Shown: piece by piece, positions 1 to 9,503 of the stretch | Layout: each line of letters begins with the position of its first letter | How positions within the stretch are numbered: the first letter of the stretch is position 1 | NCBI GenBank assembly: GCA_040830725.1 | Contig: JBFOMG010000004.1 | Coordinates: 7,567-71,566 of the forward strand | DNA length: 64,000 nucleotides | Source of the DNA: Rhizobiaceae bacterium | Lineage (GTDB): Bacteria; Pseudomonadota; Alphaproteobacteria; Rhizobiales; Rhizobiaceae | Direction of reading: 5' to 3' | Notes under the pieces: generated by a model | What the model was told of the DNA's origin: nothing | Seen by the model: the letters and a program-made list of their open reading frames with translations, nothing else | Database searches by the model: none | Made by a program: the position numbers and the translations under genes

Positions 1-453
1 CTTCTGGCCGCAAGTGGACACGAACCGCATCTCGATCATCAGCACCGGTTGTTGATTGCCAATTGCCTTGCACAATCCGAAGCGCTGATGCGCGGGCGCA
101 CCGGAATCGAGGCCGCGTCACAATTGGCCGATCAGGGCATGACGCGTCAGGAGGCCGCCAAACTGGTGCCGCACAAGACCTTTCCCGGCAACCGGCCGTC
201 AATGACGATTCTGTACAAGAAACTCACGCCCCACACGCTGGGCGAACTCATTGCGCTTTATGAACACCGCGTATTCGTCGAAGCCTGTCTTTATGGCATC
301 AACGCGTTTGACCAGTGGGGTGTGGAACTTGGAAAGGAACTGGCAACCGGTTTGCTGCCCGTTGTCGAACAGCGCAAATCAGCGAGCGGTCATGATGCGT
401 CGACAAAAAACCTGCTGGCCAGAATATTTACGCTTCGCGAGCAGGTGGGTTAA
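1..453 (+). CDS. pgi: glucose-6-phosphate isomerase, C-terminal fragment (gene starts upstream of window)
   Basis: Frame 1 is open from base 1. The motif [34 protein letters not shown] is typical of the Pgi C-terminus. Confidence 0.9.
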   Translation, partial: LLAASGHEPHLDHQHRLLIANCLAQSEALMRGRTGIEAASQLADQGMTRQEAAKLVPHKTFPGNRPSMTILYKKLTPHTLGELIALYEHRVFVEACLYGINAFDQWGVELGKELATGLLPVVEQRKSASGHDASTKNLLARIFTLREQVG

Positions 454-473
454 AACCCTTCGGTGGAACCGCT

Positions 474-911
474 CTAGCTCGCCAAACCCTCAAGCGCCGA
501 ACGCAATTTGGCGTTCAGCGGCATTGATTTCCGTGTTTTGCGATCGACATAAACATGAATGAAGTGACCCTCGGCGGAGGCGATTTCCTCTTCATTGCGA
601 AACAACCCGACTTCATAGCGGACCGAGGATTTCCCCAGCCGTTCGACTTTGATTCCGGCAGTAACAACGTCGGGGAACGCCATCTCGGCGAAATATCTGC
701 ACCCGGTTTCCACCACCAGTCCGACTTGATCTCCAGCGGTAAGATCGAGAACATCCTGTTCAATCAGCCATCCATTCACCGCAGTGTCGAACAGTGAATA
801 GTGCACCACATTGTTCATGTGACCATAGACGTCATTGTCCATCCAGCGCGTCGAAATGGTGCGAAACACCTTGTAATCGCTTCGGGTGGAAGGCCTCTGC
901 CTTTCGCTCAT
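474..911 (-). CDS. acyl-CoA thioesterase, 4HBT/YbgC-like hotdog fold
   Basis: 145 aa. WMDNDVYGHMNNVVHYSLFD is hotdog-thioesterase-like. ATGA start/stop overlap with the upstream alcohol dehydrogenase gene. Confidence 0.75.
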   Translation of the reverse strand: MSERQRPSTRSDYKVFRTISTRWMDNDVYGHMNNVVHYSLFDTAVNGWLIEQDVLDLTAGDQVGLVVETGCRYFAEMAFPDVVTAGIKVERLGKSSVRYEVGLFRNEEEIASAEGHFIHVYVDRKTRKSMPLNAKLRSALEGLAS

Positions 912-2068
912 AGCGCCGCCTTGTAAATCGCCAATGCATCGGCCTCCGTGACCTCGCGCGGATTATTGACCAGCAATCGCGTCTGCAACATGGAATCAGC
1001 GGCCATTTTCGGAAGGTCACCCTCACTGATGCCGACTTCGCGCAAGGTTGTTTGCAGGCCGAGCTTCCTGGACAAATCTGCCAGCGCCTCGATGAAACCT
1101 GCACACCGGCTTTGGGTGCCGGCCTCATTGGCCAGCCCCGGGAAAGCGTCAGCCGCGATCTCGGCATAAAGCGGCGCCGCGTCGGGGGCGTTGAATCGCA
1201 AGACATGCGGCAGCACCAGCGCGTTTGACAGACCATGGGGGACGTGAAATGTGCCACCTATGGGATAGGCAAGCGCGTGCACGGCCGCAACCGGTGAGTT
1301 GGCGAAGGCCTGTCCCGCCAGCATTGAGCCGAGCAGCATGGCCCCGCGGGCTTTCACATCGCTACCGTTGAACACTGCCGTCTCGATATTGGCTCCCAGA
1401 AGCTGCAAAGCCTGGCGCGCCAGCATTTTCGAAACCGGATTGTTGTTGGCATTCTTTGATGCGTAAGCCTCAATGGCGTGTACCATCGCGTCCACACCGG
1501 TTGCCGCGGTTGTTGCGGCTGGAAGACCGAGCGTCAAATCCGGATCCAGGATTGCGATGTCAGGCAGGATGATAGGCGAGGAGACACCGCGTTTTTCTTC
1601 GCCTCCCACCGTGATGATCGAAACAGGCGTGGCCTCAGATCCGGTCCCTGCGGTTGTTGGCACCAGAACCAGCGGCAGACGTGGCCCCTTGGCATTTGCG
1701 ACACCCCACGCTTCATCGATATCTTCGCCTGATCCTGCAAGCAGCGCAACGAGTTTGGCGATATCCATGGAGGAACCGCCACCAAAACCGATAACGCCGG
1801 TGGCGCCAAGAGAACCAGCCAGTTCCACGGCCTTTTGCAGAGTATCAAGCGACGGATCAGCTTCGACTTCGGAGAAGATTGCCATCGTCAAACCGGCTTC
1901 TTTCAGCGAATCGACCGCTCTGTCTGCAAGGCCCAGCGACATTATTCCCGGATCGGTAACGAACAGGACTTTTGTACCGAGGACAGATCCGGCAATGTTT
2001 CCGAGATCGGCGGCAATACCTTCGCCAAACCGCACGCTGGGCGTTGTGTTGAAGTTAAACGGCGTCAT
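908..2068 (-). CDS. iron-containing (group III) alcohol dehydrogenase
   Basis: 386 aa. GFGGGSSMDIAK and PTTAGTGSE motifs and His-rich metal site (DAMVHAIEAY, HALAYP..HVPHG). Confidence 0.85.
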   Translation of the reverse strand: MTPFNFNTTPSVRFGEGIAADLGNIAGSVLGTKVLFVTDPGIMSLGLADRAVDSLKEAGLTMAIFSEVEADPSLDTLQKAVELAGSLGATGVIGFGGGSSMDIAKLVALLAGSGEDIDEAWGVANAKGPRLPLVLVPTTAGTGSEATPVSIITVGGEEKRGVSSPIILPDIAILDPDLTLGLPAATTAATGVDAMVHAIEAYASKNANNNPVSKMLARQALQLLGANIETAVFNGSDVKARGAMLLGSMLAGQAFANSPVAAVHALAYPIGGTFHVPHGLSNALVLPHVLRFNAPDAAPLYAEIAADAFPGLANEAGTQSRCAGFIEALADLSRKLGLQTTLREVGISEGDLPKMAADSMLQTRLLVNNPREVTEADALAIYKAAL

Positions 2069-2169
2069 TCAAATTCGCTCCATATCGCCCAAGTTTCTGC
2101 ATTCCTGTTTACAGTCCCGTCTGATCGGAATGTAAACAGCAAACGAGAATGATCATCCAAATTGTTTGG

Positions 2170-2199
2170 AAAAAGGCTCAGTTCGGTCCGAATCCGAAC
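2170..2199 (-). terminator. candidate intrinsic terminator of the formate dehydrogenase operon
   Basis: On the minus strand: GTTCGG-7 nt-CCGAAC hairpin, then a 6-nt spacer and T5. The stem is weak and the spacing suboptimal. Confidence 0.3.
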
Positions 2200-2256
2200 C
2201 TCACGGATGTGGTGGCAATTTGGTTTGACGCGCCAGAGCGGAAGCAGGCCTTTCCT

Positions 2257-2382
2257 CTACTCCAGGCGAACCGATGAGCTTGCGTTTACATCAGCGCTGG
2301 AAAACCCGATTTGATCGAGTATCAGATCGGACCCGACTGCAATGACGATGATGGCGGCAAATGCGATCAGCATTGGTTTCAT
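2257..2382 (-). CDS. 41-aa single-pass membrane peptide, last gene of the FDH operon (below the ORF-track cut-off)
   Basis: My own translation: MKPMLIAFAAIIVIAVGSDLILDQIGFSSADVNASSSVRLE. AAAGGA Shine-Dalgarno sits 6 nt upstream. The start is 11 nt after the stop of the WD40-cytochrome c gene. Confidence 0.4.
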   Translation of the reverse strand: MKPMLIAFAAIIVIAVGSDLILDQIGFSSADVNASSSVRLE

Positions 2383-2393
2383 CTCGGATCCTT

Positions 2394-3734
2394 TCAACGC
2401 GACGTGGCTTGACGAAGGTAGTCGATCAGGTCGTCGCGATCTTGTTTTCTGGCAATACGCTGCATCGGCATTTTCGATCCGGGGATGTAGTGATCAGGCC
2501 CCAGATCAAACAGTTTGTCTATCGTGTCGTCACCCCAGACGATATCAGATCCGGACAGGGTTTTGGAGAAATTGTAACCGTCCAGGGCGCCTGCCCTTCG
2601 GCCAAACAGGCCATAAAGCGTTGGCCCGGCCCTGCGGCTGCCTTCGGCTTCGAGCGAATGACAGATTGAACACTTTCTTGCAAACTGCCGTTCGCCGTTT
2701 TCCATTTTGGCCGGATCGCGAAGAAATTCCGGATTGCTGTCAGCCATCGGCCCGAGATCCTTGATCTGGTCGAGCGGCCAGGAATAGACAATGCTTTCAA
2801 TGCCGCCGGCATGAATGTTTTTGCCGTCGTTAGAGAATGCGAGCGCCCAGATCGGACCTCGCAATGCGGCGCGAAAATCATGGATGATTTTCCACTGGTC
2901 CGTATCAACAATCATGATAAAGCCATCGCCATCACCGACCGCTATCTTGTCGCCTGAATCCGTCTGGGAAATCGAAAGAATAGGTCGCCGCTCAAGGGTA
3001 AAATCTGCAATTTGCTCGTCGGTGGACAAGTCGATGACACGCGTGACGCCGTCGACCGCACCATAGGCAAGCCAGCCGTGCCGGTGATTGAGTGTCATGA
3101 CATTGACGCCAAACCCGTGCCGCAGCATCAGGCGTTTTTCCCTGCGTCCGCCCACGTCCCAAGTACGGATAGTTCCGTCGGTTGACGCCGAATAAAGGAG
3201 AGAACCATCGGCAGAAAATGCGACATCATTGACGCCGGATTTGTGGCCGCCCAGGAATGAGACGTCGCCGCGGTCATCAAGCGGCCAAAGCCCGATCGTG
3301 CCGTCCCAGCTTGCTGTTGCCAACAGCGATTGATCCGGAGCCACAGCAAGCGCCATTATTTTGGCCTTGTGCCGCCCGAGCATCCTTCCGGTTCCAGACG
3401 CCCTGTCCCAGAGGCGGACGGAATAATCATCTCCGGCAGAGGCCAATCGATGTTCGCCGATGAAAACGACCGAGTTGACCGCCGCCTCGTGCGCTTCCAG
3501 CCAAACCGGCTTGCGGCCGTCCCAGATGCCGACTGAATTGTCAAAGCTGGCTGTTGCAATGGTTCCGCTATCCGATGACACCGCAACATCCATCACCGGG
3601 CCGCCATGCCCCTTGAGCGTGAAAAATTCTCCGGCGCTGGTTGACAGCGGAACAATGGCCATGCTCAGCGCCGCAGCGACCATAGCGCCAAACGCGGATA
3701 TTCGAAAATCAGCCACGGGATCGGAGTTGGTCAC
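2394..3734 (-). CDS. membrane-anchored/periplasmic WD40 beta-propeller fused to a C-terminal class I cytochrome c domain
   Basis: 446 aa. Repeated WD40-type blades (SFDNSVGIWD, GDDYSVRLWD, SWDGTIGLWP, STDGTIRTWD). C-terminal CSICH heme motif followed by GP.LYGLFGR...IPGSKMP. GTGA overlap with the gamma-subunit stop. Confidence 0.85.
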   Translation of the reverse strand: MTNSDPVADFRISAFGAMVAAALSMAIVPLSTSAGEFFTLKGHGGPVMDVAVSSDSGTIATASFDNSVGIWDGRKPVWLEAHEAAVNSVVFIGEHRLASAGDDYSVRLWDRASGTGRMLGRHKAKIMALAVAPDQSLLATASWDGTIGLWPLDDRGDVSFLGGHKSGVNDVAFSADGSLLYSASTDGTIRTWDVGGRREKRLMLRHGFGVNVMTLNHRHGWLAYGAVDGVTRVIDLSTDEQIADFTLERRPILSISQTDSGDKIAVGDGDGFIMIVDTDQWKIIHDFRAALRGPIWALAFSNDGKNIHAGGIESIVYSWPLDQIKDLGPMADSNPEFLRDPAKMENGERQFARKCSICHSLEAEGSRRAGPTLYGLFGRRAGALDGYNFSKTLSGSDIVWGDDTIDKLFDLGPDHYIPGSKMPMQRIARKQDRDDLIDYLRQATSR

Positions 3735-4942
3735 TCAGCAGGAACAATTTCTCCATCGGGCGCTTCGGTTTCTGCATTCATAACCTCCTCAACCCAAAGG
3801 CTGTGATGTTCCCTCGCCCATTGCAAATCGACTTCGCCGGATCCCATTGCGTCATACGCTCCTTCCATGCCCACCGAGCCGATATAGATATGGGCCAAAA
3901 TTATCGCGATCAGCACGAAAGCGACGATCCCGTGCCACAGTTGCGCATATTGCATTTCTTCGTGTGGCGTCAGTTCCGTTGGAAGCGCACCCATACCGGG
4001 CAGACTGGTGATGCCGATTGCCGACAGCTTCTGGAAAGTCACTTCGAACATGGGTAGTTCGAAGGGGAACAGCAATGACAGGCCGGATGCTGAAATTGAT
4101 GCGCCAAGAATGATCACCGACCAGAAAATCAGTTTCTGGCCCGCATTGAATTTCTTTGCCGGTGGATGAACGCCCTTTACAAAAAGGCCGCCGCCCTTTG
4201 CCATCCATGTCAAATCGGTTCTGCTGGGCAAATTGTGGATCACCCACATGACGAACACCATCACCAGACCGAGGATGAATGCCCACGAAACACTGTTGTG
4301 AACCCATTTGGATGCGAGTGCCAAATTCGAAAACATATCCTTGCCGAGTATTGGAATAAGCGCTGTACGGCCGAACAAGGTAATAAGCCCGGTGATGCCC
4401 AACAGGATGAACGACCCTGCCAGTAGCCAGTGGCCAAATCGCTCAATCGCCTTGAAGCGAGTGATCGTTCGTCCGGTTTTCTCTCCGTCAATCCGGATGC
4501 GACCGCGAAGCGCAAAAAACAGCGCAAGCAAAACAAGAGTGGCGAGCAACAAATACCCGCCCCACTGCGCCATGGGTCCGGCCCGGAACTCGAGCCAGCG
4601 CATGCCGCCATCCTGCACCAAAATTGCACCGACCTCGCCACCGGAAGAAGCATTGATGTCGGCCGAGCCGTAACGGAGTGCTCGCCAAAGCTCTGGATCC
4701 GAAGCACCGCCAAGCGTTCCCAATTGCGATGAAATTGCCGCTGCGCTGTCCGGATCGCCGATCGCTTCGCGTCTGAACGCATCGTCGATCTTCTCCCCGC
4801 GCTGGCGCGCCATGATGTCTTCCAGCGTCTGGGCTCCGCCGGTTGACGACCGGTCGCCGCTTTCCTGGGCCATTGGCGTGACCGGTGCAAAAATGCCGGA
4901 AAGGGCAATCGACAACAGGAGGACAAACAACGCGCGCATCAT
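3731..4942 (-). CDS. formate dehydrogenase gamma subunit (cytochrome b) with long periplasmic N-terminal extension
   Basis: Track ORF 3731..5554 trimmed to the ATGATG at 4942 (MMRALFVLLLSIALSG signal-like start), because the upstream part overlaps the beta-subunit gene. C-terminal multi-TM His-containing cytochrome b region. Confidence 0.8.
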   Translation of the reverse strand: MMRALFVLLLSIALSGIFAPVTPMAQESGDRSSTGGAQTLEDIMARQRGEKIDDAFRREAIGDPDSAAAISSQLGTLGGASDPELWRALRYGSADINASSGGEVGAILVQDGGMRWLEFRAGPMAQWGGYLLLATLVLLALFFALRGRIRIDGEKTGRTITRFKAIERFGHWLLAGSFILLGITGLITLFGRTALIPILGKDMFSNLALASKWVHNSVSWAFILGLVMVFVMWVIHNLPSRTDLTWMAKGGGLFVKGVHPPAKKFNAGQKLIFWSVIILGASISASGLSLLFPFELPMFEVTFQKLSAIGITSLPGMGALPTELTPHEEMQYAQLWHGIVAFVLIAIILAHIYIGSVGMEGAYDAMGSGEVDLQWAREHHSLWVEEVMNAETEAPDGEIVPAE

Positions 4943-5039
4943 GGCAGCACCTCGGTTCAAGCCGGAATATTGCAAGTAAGTTCGACCGGGGCGATCTGTC
5001 GACCGCCCCGGGAAAGGCAATGGGGACAAATGTGCGGCG

Positions 5040-5633
5040 TCAGCCGCCCTTTTGCCCGTATGCCGTGCCCCAGCCCCAGGCACCCGTACCGAATCCGCGG
5101 GCAACAACACGCTCGCGGTAGATGCCTGAAACCACATCGCCATCGCCGGCAAGCAGTGCCTTGGTCGAGCACATTTCTGCGCAAATCGGCAACTTGCCTT
5201 CAGCAATACGGTTGCGTCCGTATTTCTGGAACTCCGCCTGGCTATGGTTTTCTTCCGGTCCACCGGCGCAGAAGGTACATTTGTCCATCTTACCGCGCGA
5301 ACCGAAATTGCCCGCCTGCGGAAACTGCGGTGCTCCGAACGGGCACGCATAGAAGCAGTAACCGCAACCAATGCAGAGGTCCTTCGAATGCAGGACCACG
5401 CCATCGTCGTTCTGATAGAAACAGTCGACAGGGCATACCGCCATGCATGGCGCGTCGGAACAATGCATGCAGGCCACGGAGATCGACCGCTCACCTGGGC
5501 TGCCATCATTGATGGTGACCACCCGGCGACGATTGATACCCCAAGGTACTTCATGCTCGTTCTTACAAGCCGTCACGCAGGCGTTGCATTCAATGCAGCG
5601 TTCGGCGTCGCAGAGGAATTTTGCTCTAGCCAT
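5040..5633 (-). CDS. formate dehydrogenase beta subunit, 4Fe-4S ferredoxin-type
   Basis: 197 aa. CIECNACVTACK, CMHCSDAPC, CIGCGYCFYACP and CTFC cluster motifs. Confidence 0.9.
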   Translation of the reverse strand: MARAKFLCDAERCIECNACVTACKNEHEVPWGINRRRVVTINDGSPGERSISVACMHCSDAPCMAVCPVDCFYQNDDGVVLHSKDLCIGCGYCFYACPFGAPQFPQAGNFGSRGKMDKCTFCAGGPEENHSQAEFQKYGRNRIAEGKLPICAEMCSTKALLAGDGDVVSGIYRERVVARGFGTGAWGWGTAYGQKGG

Positions 5634-5644
5634 TATTTTTCTCC

Positions 5645-8539
5645 TTATGCTGCAGTGATCTTGCAGAGAGTGGCCTTGGTCTCCTGCATCTGGGTGACCG
5701 AGTCGTAACCGTAGGTCTGCGCGGTGTTCGACGACTCACCCAGAACGTATGGATCGGCCCCTTCGGGATATTTGTCCCTCAAGTCGGCGCCCTCAAAATG
5801 GCCGCCGAAGTGGAACGGCATAAACGCAACTCCCGAACCAACTCTCTCGGTGACCATGGCCATGACCTTGACCTTGGCGCCTTCGGCACCTTCGACCCAG
5901 ACCTGTTCGCCGTCGCGGATACCCAAATTGTTGGCATCGCGCGGGTTGATTTCGACGAACATGTCCTGCTGCAGTTCAGCAAGCCACGGATTGGAGCGCG
6001 ATTCATCGCCACCACCCTCGTACTCAACCAGGCGGCCGGACGTCAGGATCATTGGATAATCCTTCGAGAAGTCCTGCTTCTGGATCGACGCATACATGGT
6101 CGGCAGACGATAGAACTTGCGGTCCTCATAGGTCGGATAATCGGCCACGAGATCGCGACGAGGCGTGTAGAGCGGCTCGCGGTGCAAGGGCACCGGATCC
6201 GGGAACGTCCACACAACCGCGCGGGCCTTTGCATTACCAAATGGTGCGCAGCCATGCTTGATCGCTACGCGCTGGATACCGCCAGACAGATCGGTTTTCC
6301 AGTTGGTCTTCGGCCCTGCCACCGCGTCGATCGCAGCACGCTCGTCATCAGTCAGGTCTCCATCCCAACCCAGATCCATCAGCATCTGCATGGTGAATTC
6401 CGGATAACCATCCTGAATTTCCGAACCAGGATTGTAGACGCCCTCCGCCAGGAGATTGTCGCCATCCCGCTCAACGCCGAAGCGGGCACGGAAACACAAG
6501 CCGCCCTCTGCAACAGGCTTGGACATGTCATAGAGGTTTGGCGTACCGGGATGACCCATTTCGGCTGTACCCCAGCAAGGCCAAGGCAGGCCGTAATAGT
6601 CACCGTCAGCCGGACCGCCAATGGCCTGCAGCGTCGTCCTGTCAAACGTATGCTGATTGGCCATGTGCAGTTTCAGCCGTTCGGGCGACTGACCAGTATA
6701 GCCAATCGTCCAGAGCCCGCGGTTGAATTCGCGGGTGATGCTCTCGACGTTTGGTGTTTCCGCATCTTCCATCTCGATGTTGCGGAAGAAACGGTCAGCC
6801 CATCCGAACTTGTTGGCAAACTTCGCCATGATGACTTCATCCGGCAAGCTTTCAAACAGCGGATCGACAACCTTGTCGCGCCACTGGAAGGAGCGGTTTG
6901 ATGCCGTCACCGAACCGCGTGTCTCAAACTGCGTGCACGCGGGCAGCAGATAGACACCGTCGGTCCTGTCATGGAGAACCGCCGAGACGGTTGGATATGG
7001 ATCGATCACGACAAGCATGTCGAGCTTCTCCATCGCCGTCTTCATTTCCTTCATGCGGGTCTGCGAGTTCGGTGCATGGCCCCACAGAACCATTGCCCGT
7101 ACATTATTGGGCTGGTCGATGTTGTCGGCATCCTCGAGAATGCCGTCGATCCAGCGGCTGACCGGAATACCCGTCAAGTTCTGGAGCGACTTTTCTTTGC
7201 CGTCAGCACCGGTGATCTTGTCAAACTGGCCTGCCAGCCAATCCGGATCCTCTTCCCAGACCCGGGCCCAGTGCGCCCACGAACCTTTCGAAAGGCCGTA
7301 GTAGCCGGGCAAAGTGTGACTGAGGACGCCAAGATCTGTTGCGCCCTGCACGTTGTCGTGGCCACGGAAGATATTGGTTCCGCCGCCGGTGGTTCCCATA
7401 TTGCCAAGCGCCAACTGCAAGACACAGTAAGCACGCGTGTTGTTGTTGCCGTTGGTATGCTGGGTTCCACCCATGCACCAGATCACCGTACCGGGACGGT
7501 TGTTGGCCATGGTGCGGGCAACACGGCGAAGCTGCGAACCGGGTGTGCCGGTGACGCGCTCAACTTCCTCAGGCGTCCATTTAGCGACTTCCGCCTTGAT
7601 CTGGTCCATGCCCCACACGCGGGTGCGAATGAACTCATTGTCTGCCCAGTCGTTCTCGAAAATGTGCCAGAGAATACCCCAGATCAGCGCAACGTCCGTG
7701 CCCGGGCGGAAACGCACATATTCATCCGCATGGGCGGCAGTGCGTGTGAACCGCGGATCACATACGATCAGTGGCGCATTGTTTTGCTCCTTTGCCCGCA
7801 GCACGTGCAGCAAGGATACAGGGTGCGCCTCGGCAGGGTTGCCACCGATAATGAAGATCGCCTTGGAATTGTGGATGTCGTTGTAGCTGTTTGTCATGGC
7901 GCCGTAGCCCCATGTGTTTGCCACGCCGGCGACCGTCGTTGAATGACAGATGCGTGCCTGATGGTCCACATTGTTCGTGCCCCAGTAGGCTGCGAACTTT
8001 CTGAACAGGTAGGCCTGTTCGTTATTGTGCTTGGCCGATCCAAGCCAATAAACACTGTCCGGCCCGCTTTCGTCGCGGATTTTCATCATGCCATCGCCGA
8101 TCTCGTTGATGGCCTCTTCCCAGCTGACGCGTTTCCACTCGCCGCCTTCTTTCTTCATCGGATACTTCAGGCGGCGCTCGCCATGGGCGTGCTCGCGTAC
8201 CGATGCGCCTTTTGCGCAATGCGCGCCGAGATTGAACGGGCTGTCCCAGCCGGGTTCCTGGCCGACCCAGACACCGTTGGAAACTTCAGCGATAACTGTG
8301 CAGCCAACTGAACAGTGGGTGCAAACCGATTTGACGGTTTCTACCGCGTCGTTGCCGTTGCTTTGAGCCTTCGCCTTCGTCACCGACCCGGCAGTGGCGC
8401 CAATAGCCGCCAGACCGCCCACGGCCAGTCCCGAACCACGCAAAAATGCGCGGCGGTCAACCGATTTGTCCGCAAAACTTGACAGGATACTGGCCCGCTG
8501 GGGGCGTCTCGCAACCCCGTTGGTCTTTTTCCTTAGCAT
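5645..8539 (-). CDS. formate dehydrogenase alpha subunit, bis-MGD molybdopterin enzyme, Tat-exported, Cys-type
   Basis: 964 aa. Twin-arginine signal DRRAFLRGSGLAVGG. N-terminal CTHCSVGC Fe-S motif. ARICHSTTVAG active-site region with Cys (TGT at 7946-7948) where Sec-type enzymes have TGA. Strong GGAGAGAGGAA RBS. Confidence 0.95.
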   Translation of the reverse strand: MLRKKTNGVARRPQRASILSSFADKSVDRRAFLRGSGLAVGGLAAIGATAGSVTKAKAQSNGNDAVETVKSVCTHCSVGCTVIAEVSNGVWVGQEPGWDSPFNLGAHCAKGASVREHAHGERRLKYPMKKEGGEWKRVSWEEAINEIGDGMMKIRDESGPDSVYWLGSAKHNNEQAYLFRKFAAYWGTNNVDHQARICHSTTVAGVANTWGYGAMTNSYNDIHNSKAIFIIGGNPAEAHPVSLLHVLRAKEQNNAPLIVCDPRFTRTAAHADEYVRFRPGTDVALIWGILWHIFENDWADNEFIRTRVWGMDQIKAEVAKWTPEEVERVTGTPGSQLRRVARTMANNRPGTVIWCMGGTQHTNGNNNTRAYCVLQLALGNMGTTGGGTNIFRGHDNVQGATDLGVLSHTLPGYYGLSKGSWAHWARVWEEDPDWLAGQFDKITGADGKEKSLQNLTGIPVSRWIDGILEDADNIDQPNNVRAMVLWGHAPNSQTRMKEMKTAMEKLDMLVVIDPYPTVSAVLHDRTDGVYLLPACTQFETRGSVTASNRSFQWRDKVVDPLFESLPDEVIMAKFANKFGWADRFFRNIEMEDAETPNVESITREFNRGLWTIGYTGQSPERLKLHMANQHTFDRTTLQAIGGPADGDYYGLPWPCWGTAEMGHPGTPNLYDMSKPVAEGGLCFRARFGVERDGDNLLAEGVYNPGSEIQDGYPEFTMQMLMDLGWDGDLTDDERAAIDAVAGPKTNWKTDLSGGIQRVAIKHGCAPFGNAKARAVVWTFPDPVPLHREPLYTPRRDLVADYPTYEDRKFYRLPTMYASIQKQDFSKDYPMILTSGRLVEYEGGGDESRSNPWLAELQQDMFVEINPRDANNLGIRDGEQVWVEGAEGAKVKVMAMVTERVGSGVAFMPFHFGGHFEGADLRDKYPEGADPYVLGESSNTAQTYGYDSVTQMQETKATLCKITAA

Positions 8540-8642
8540 TTCCTCTCTCCCATTGTTGCGCCTGATTGTCCGGGCGCTTGGAGTTTTTGTGAATCCGGCG
8601 TTCGGGCGTCACGCAACCTTGGCCGGTTCGGCTTGGTTCTTT

Positions 8643-8834
8643 CTAGAACTTTGCCGATGCAAAATAGGCGCGCGTATGCGCAGTATCCTGCATGCGGTCG
8701 CCAGCCTCTTCAGCCTTGGCTTCCGCTTCCGAAACACCTGCCGCAACAGCTGCTGCAGCCGCTGGCGCAGAAAGGCCAGCCAGTTTCAGAAAATCGCGGC
8801 GGTCATTTCGTTTGACCTCCTCGTTTTTACGCAT
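8643..8834 (-). CDS. small twin-arginine-signal protein of the 'formate dehydrogenase region TAT target' type
   Basis: 63 aa. RRDFLKLAG Tat motif, then an Ala-rich segment. GGGAGGA RBS. Lies immediately upstream of the alpha subunit. Confidence 0.8.
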   Translation of the reverse strand: MRKNEEVKRNDRRDFLKLAGLSAPAAAAAVAAGVSEAEAKAEEAGDRMQDTAHTRAYFASAKF

Positions 8835-8885
8835 GGGAAAATTCCTCCCGTTGTTGTGGCGGACATTCCGCCGTTATGACCGGGT

Positions 8886-9503
8886 TCAGCCGGTCCCCAT
8901 CCGGAATGCCTCCTGCTCGATATCCATGAACAGCCGGCCGACAGCGCCGACCGATGCGTAGAACACCGAACTTTTGGTTGATTCCAAATCCGTGAAAAAA
9001 TGCCCGGCCCATGGGCCGATGTGCTTGTCGAAGAAAGCCTTTTGCTCTTCCAATTCGGCGACACTGCCAAAGCGGCCCATAATCAGCCCGCCCATCATCT
9101 CCATCAGCGAGGCAATATTGTCTTCCGGTTCGAAAACGTTTTCAGCTCTGGCAATCTGGCGCTCTGCCATTTCTCCGCGCAATTGTGCCAGCGGTTTCTC
9201 GTTCAGGAACCCTGTCAGATAGTATGATGCATAGGGAAGCAATTCTCCCCGGCTCAACCCGACAAATAACGTGTTGAATTCGCGCTCTGCTGCCTTCGGT
9301 TTCGTGACGTTTGCCACACGCGCCAGTCCTGAGATCGCTTCGCCCAGGTCGCTGGAATCACCTGTCAATTCGGCAGTCTGCTGAAGGAGGCCGGCGTTGG
9401 GTGGGCGGGACAAAATCAAGCCTAGATAGTCGTACAGGTCCGCGCGCATCCGGTCTTCCGGTGCAACCAGTCCCAAAACGGCTTCAGCGGCTGCTGACAT
9501 CAA
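8886..9503 (-). CDS. TorD/DmsD-family redox enzyme maturation chaperone
   Basis: 205 aa. LFVGLSRGELLPYASYYLTGFLNEKPL is typical of TorD-like chaperones. The start is TTG at 9503 or ATG at 9500, abutting the DUF3306 stop. Confidence 0.8.
   Translation of the reverse strand: MMSAAAEAVLGLVAPEDRMRADLYDYLGLILSRPPNAGLLQQTAELTGDSSDLGEAISGLARVANVTKPKAAEREFNTLFVGLSRGELLPYASYYLTGFLNEKPLAQLRGEMAERQIARAENVFEPEDNIASLMEMMGGLIMGRFGSVAELEEQKAFFDKHIGPWAGHFFTDLESTKSSVFYASVGAVGRLFMDIEQEAFRMGTG

Noticed and set aside
4943-5554. The N-terminal 204 codons of track ORF 3731..5554, which would make a 607-aa gamma subunit.
   Set aside because: This part overlaps the well-supported Fe-S beta subunit gene (5040-5633) in another frame and has Arg/Ser/Ala-rich shadow-frame composition. 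A signal-peptide-like start (MMRALFVLLLS) at 4942 gives a sensible protein.
5798-7942. Long plus-strand ORFs (5798..6901, 6971..7942) antisense to the FDH alpha gene. Similar long antisense ORFs occur at 19174..20049, 26051..26869, 27221..28156, 31682..32653, 35704..36309, 56755..57591 and 22381..22986.
   Set aside because: These are shadow ORFs opposite strongly supported genes in GC-rich DNA. Their translations are Arg/Gly/His-rich with no recognisable motifs.
7946-7948. Possible selenocysteine (in-frame TGA) in the formate dehydrogenase alpha subunit.
   Set aside because: The frame is uninterrupted and the active-site position is TGT (Cys) in ARICHSTTV. I looked for no SECIS element because no recoding is required.
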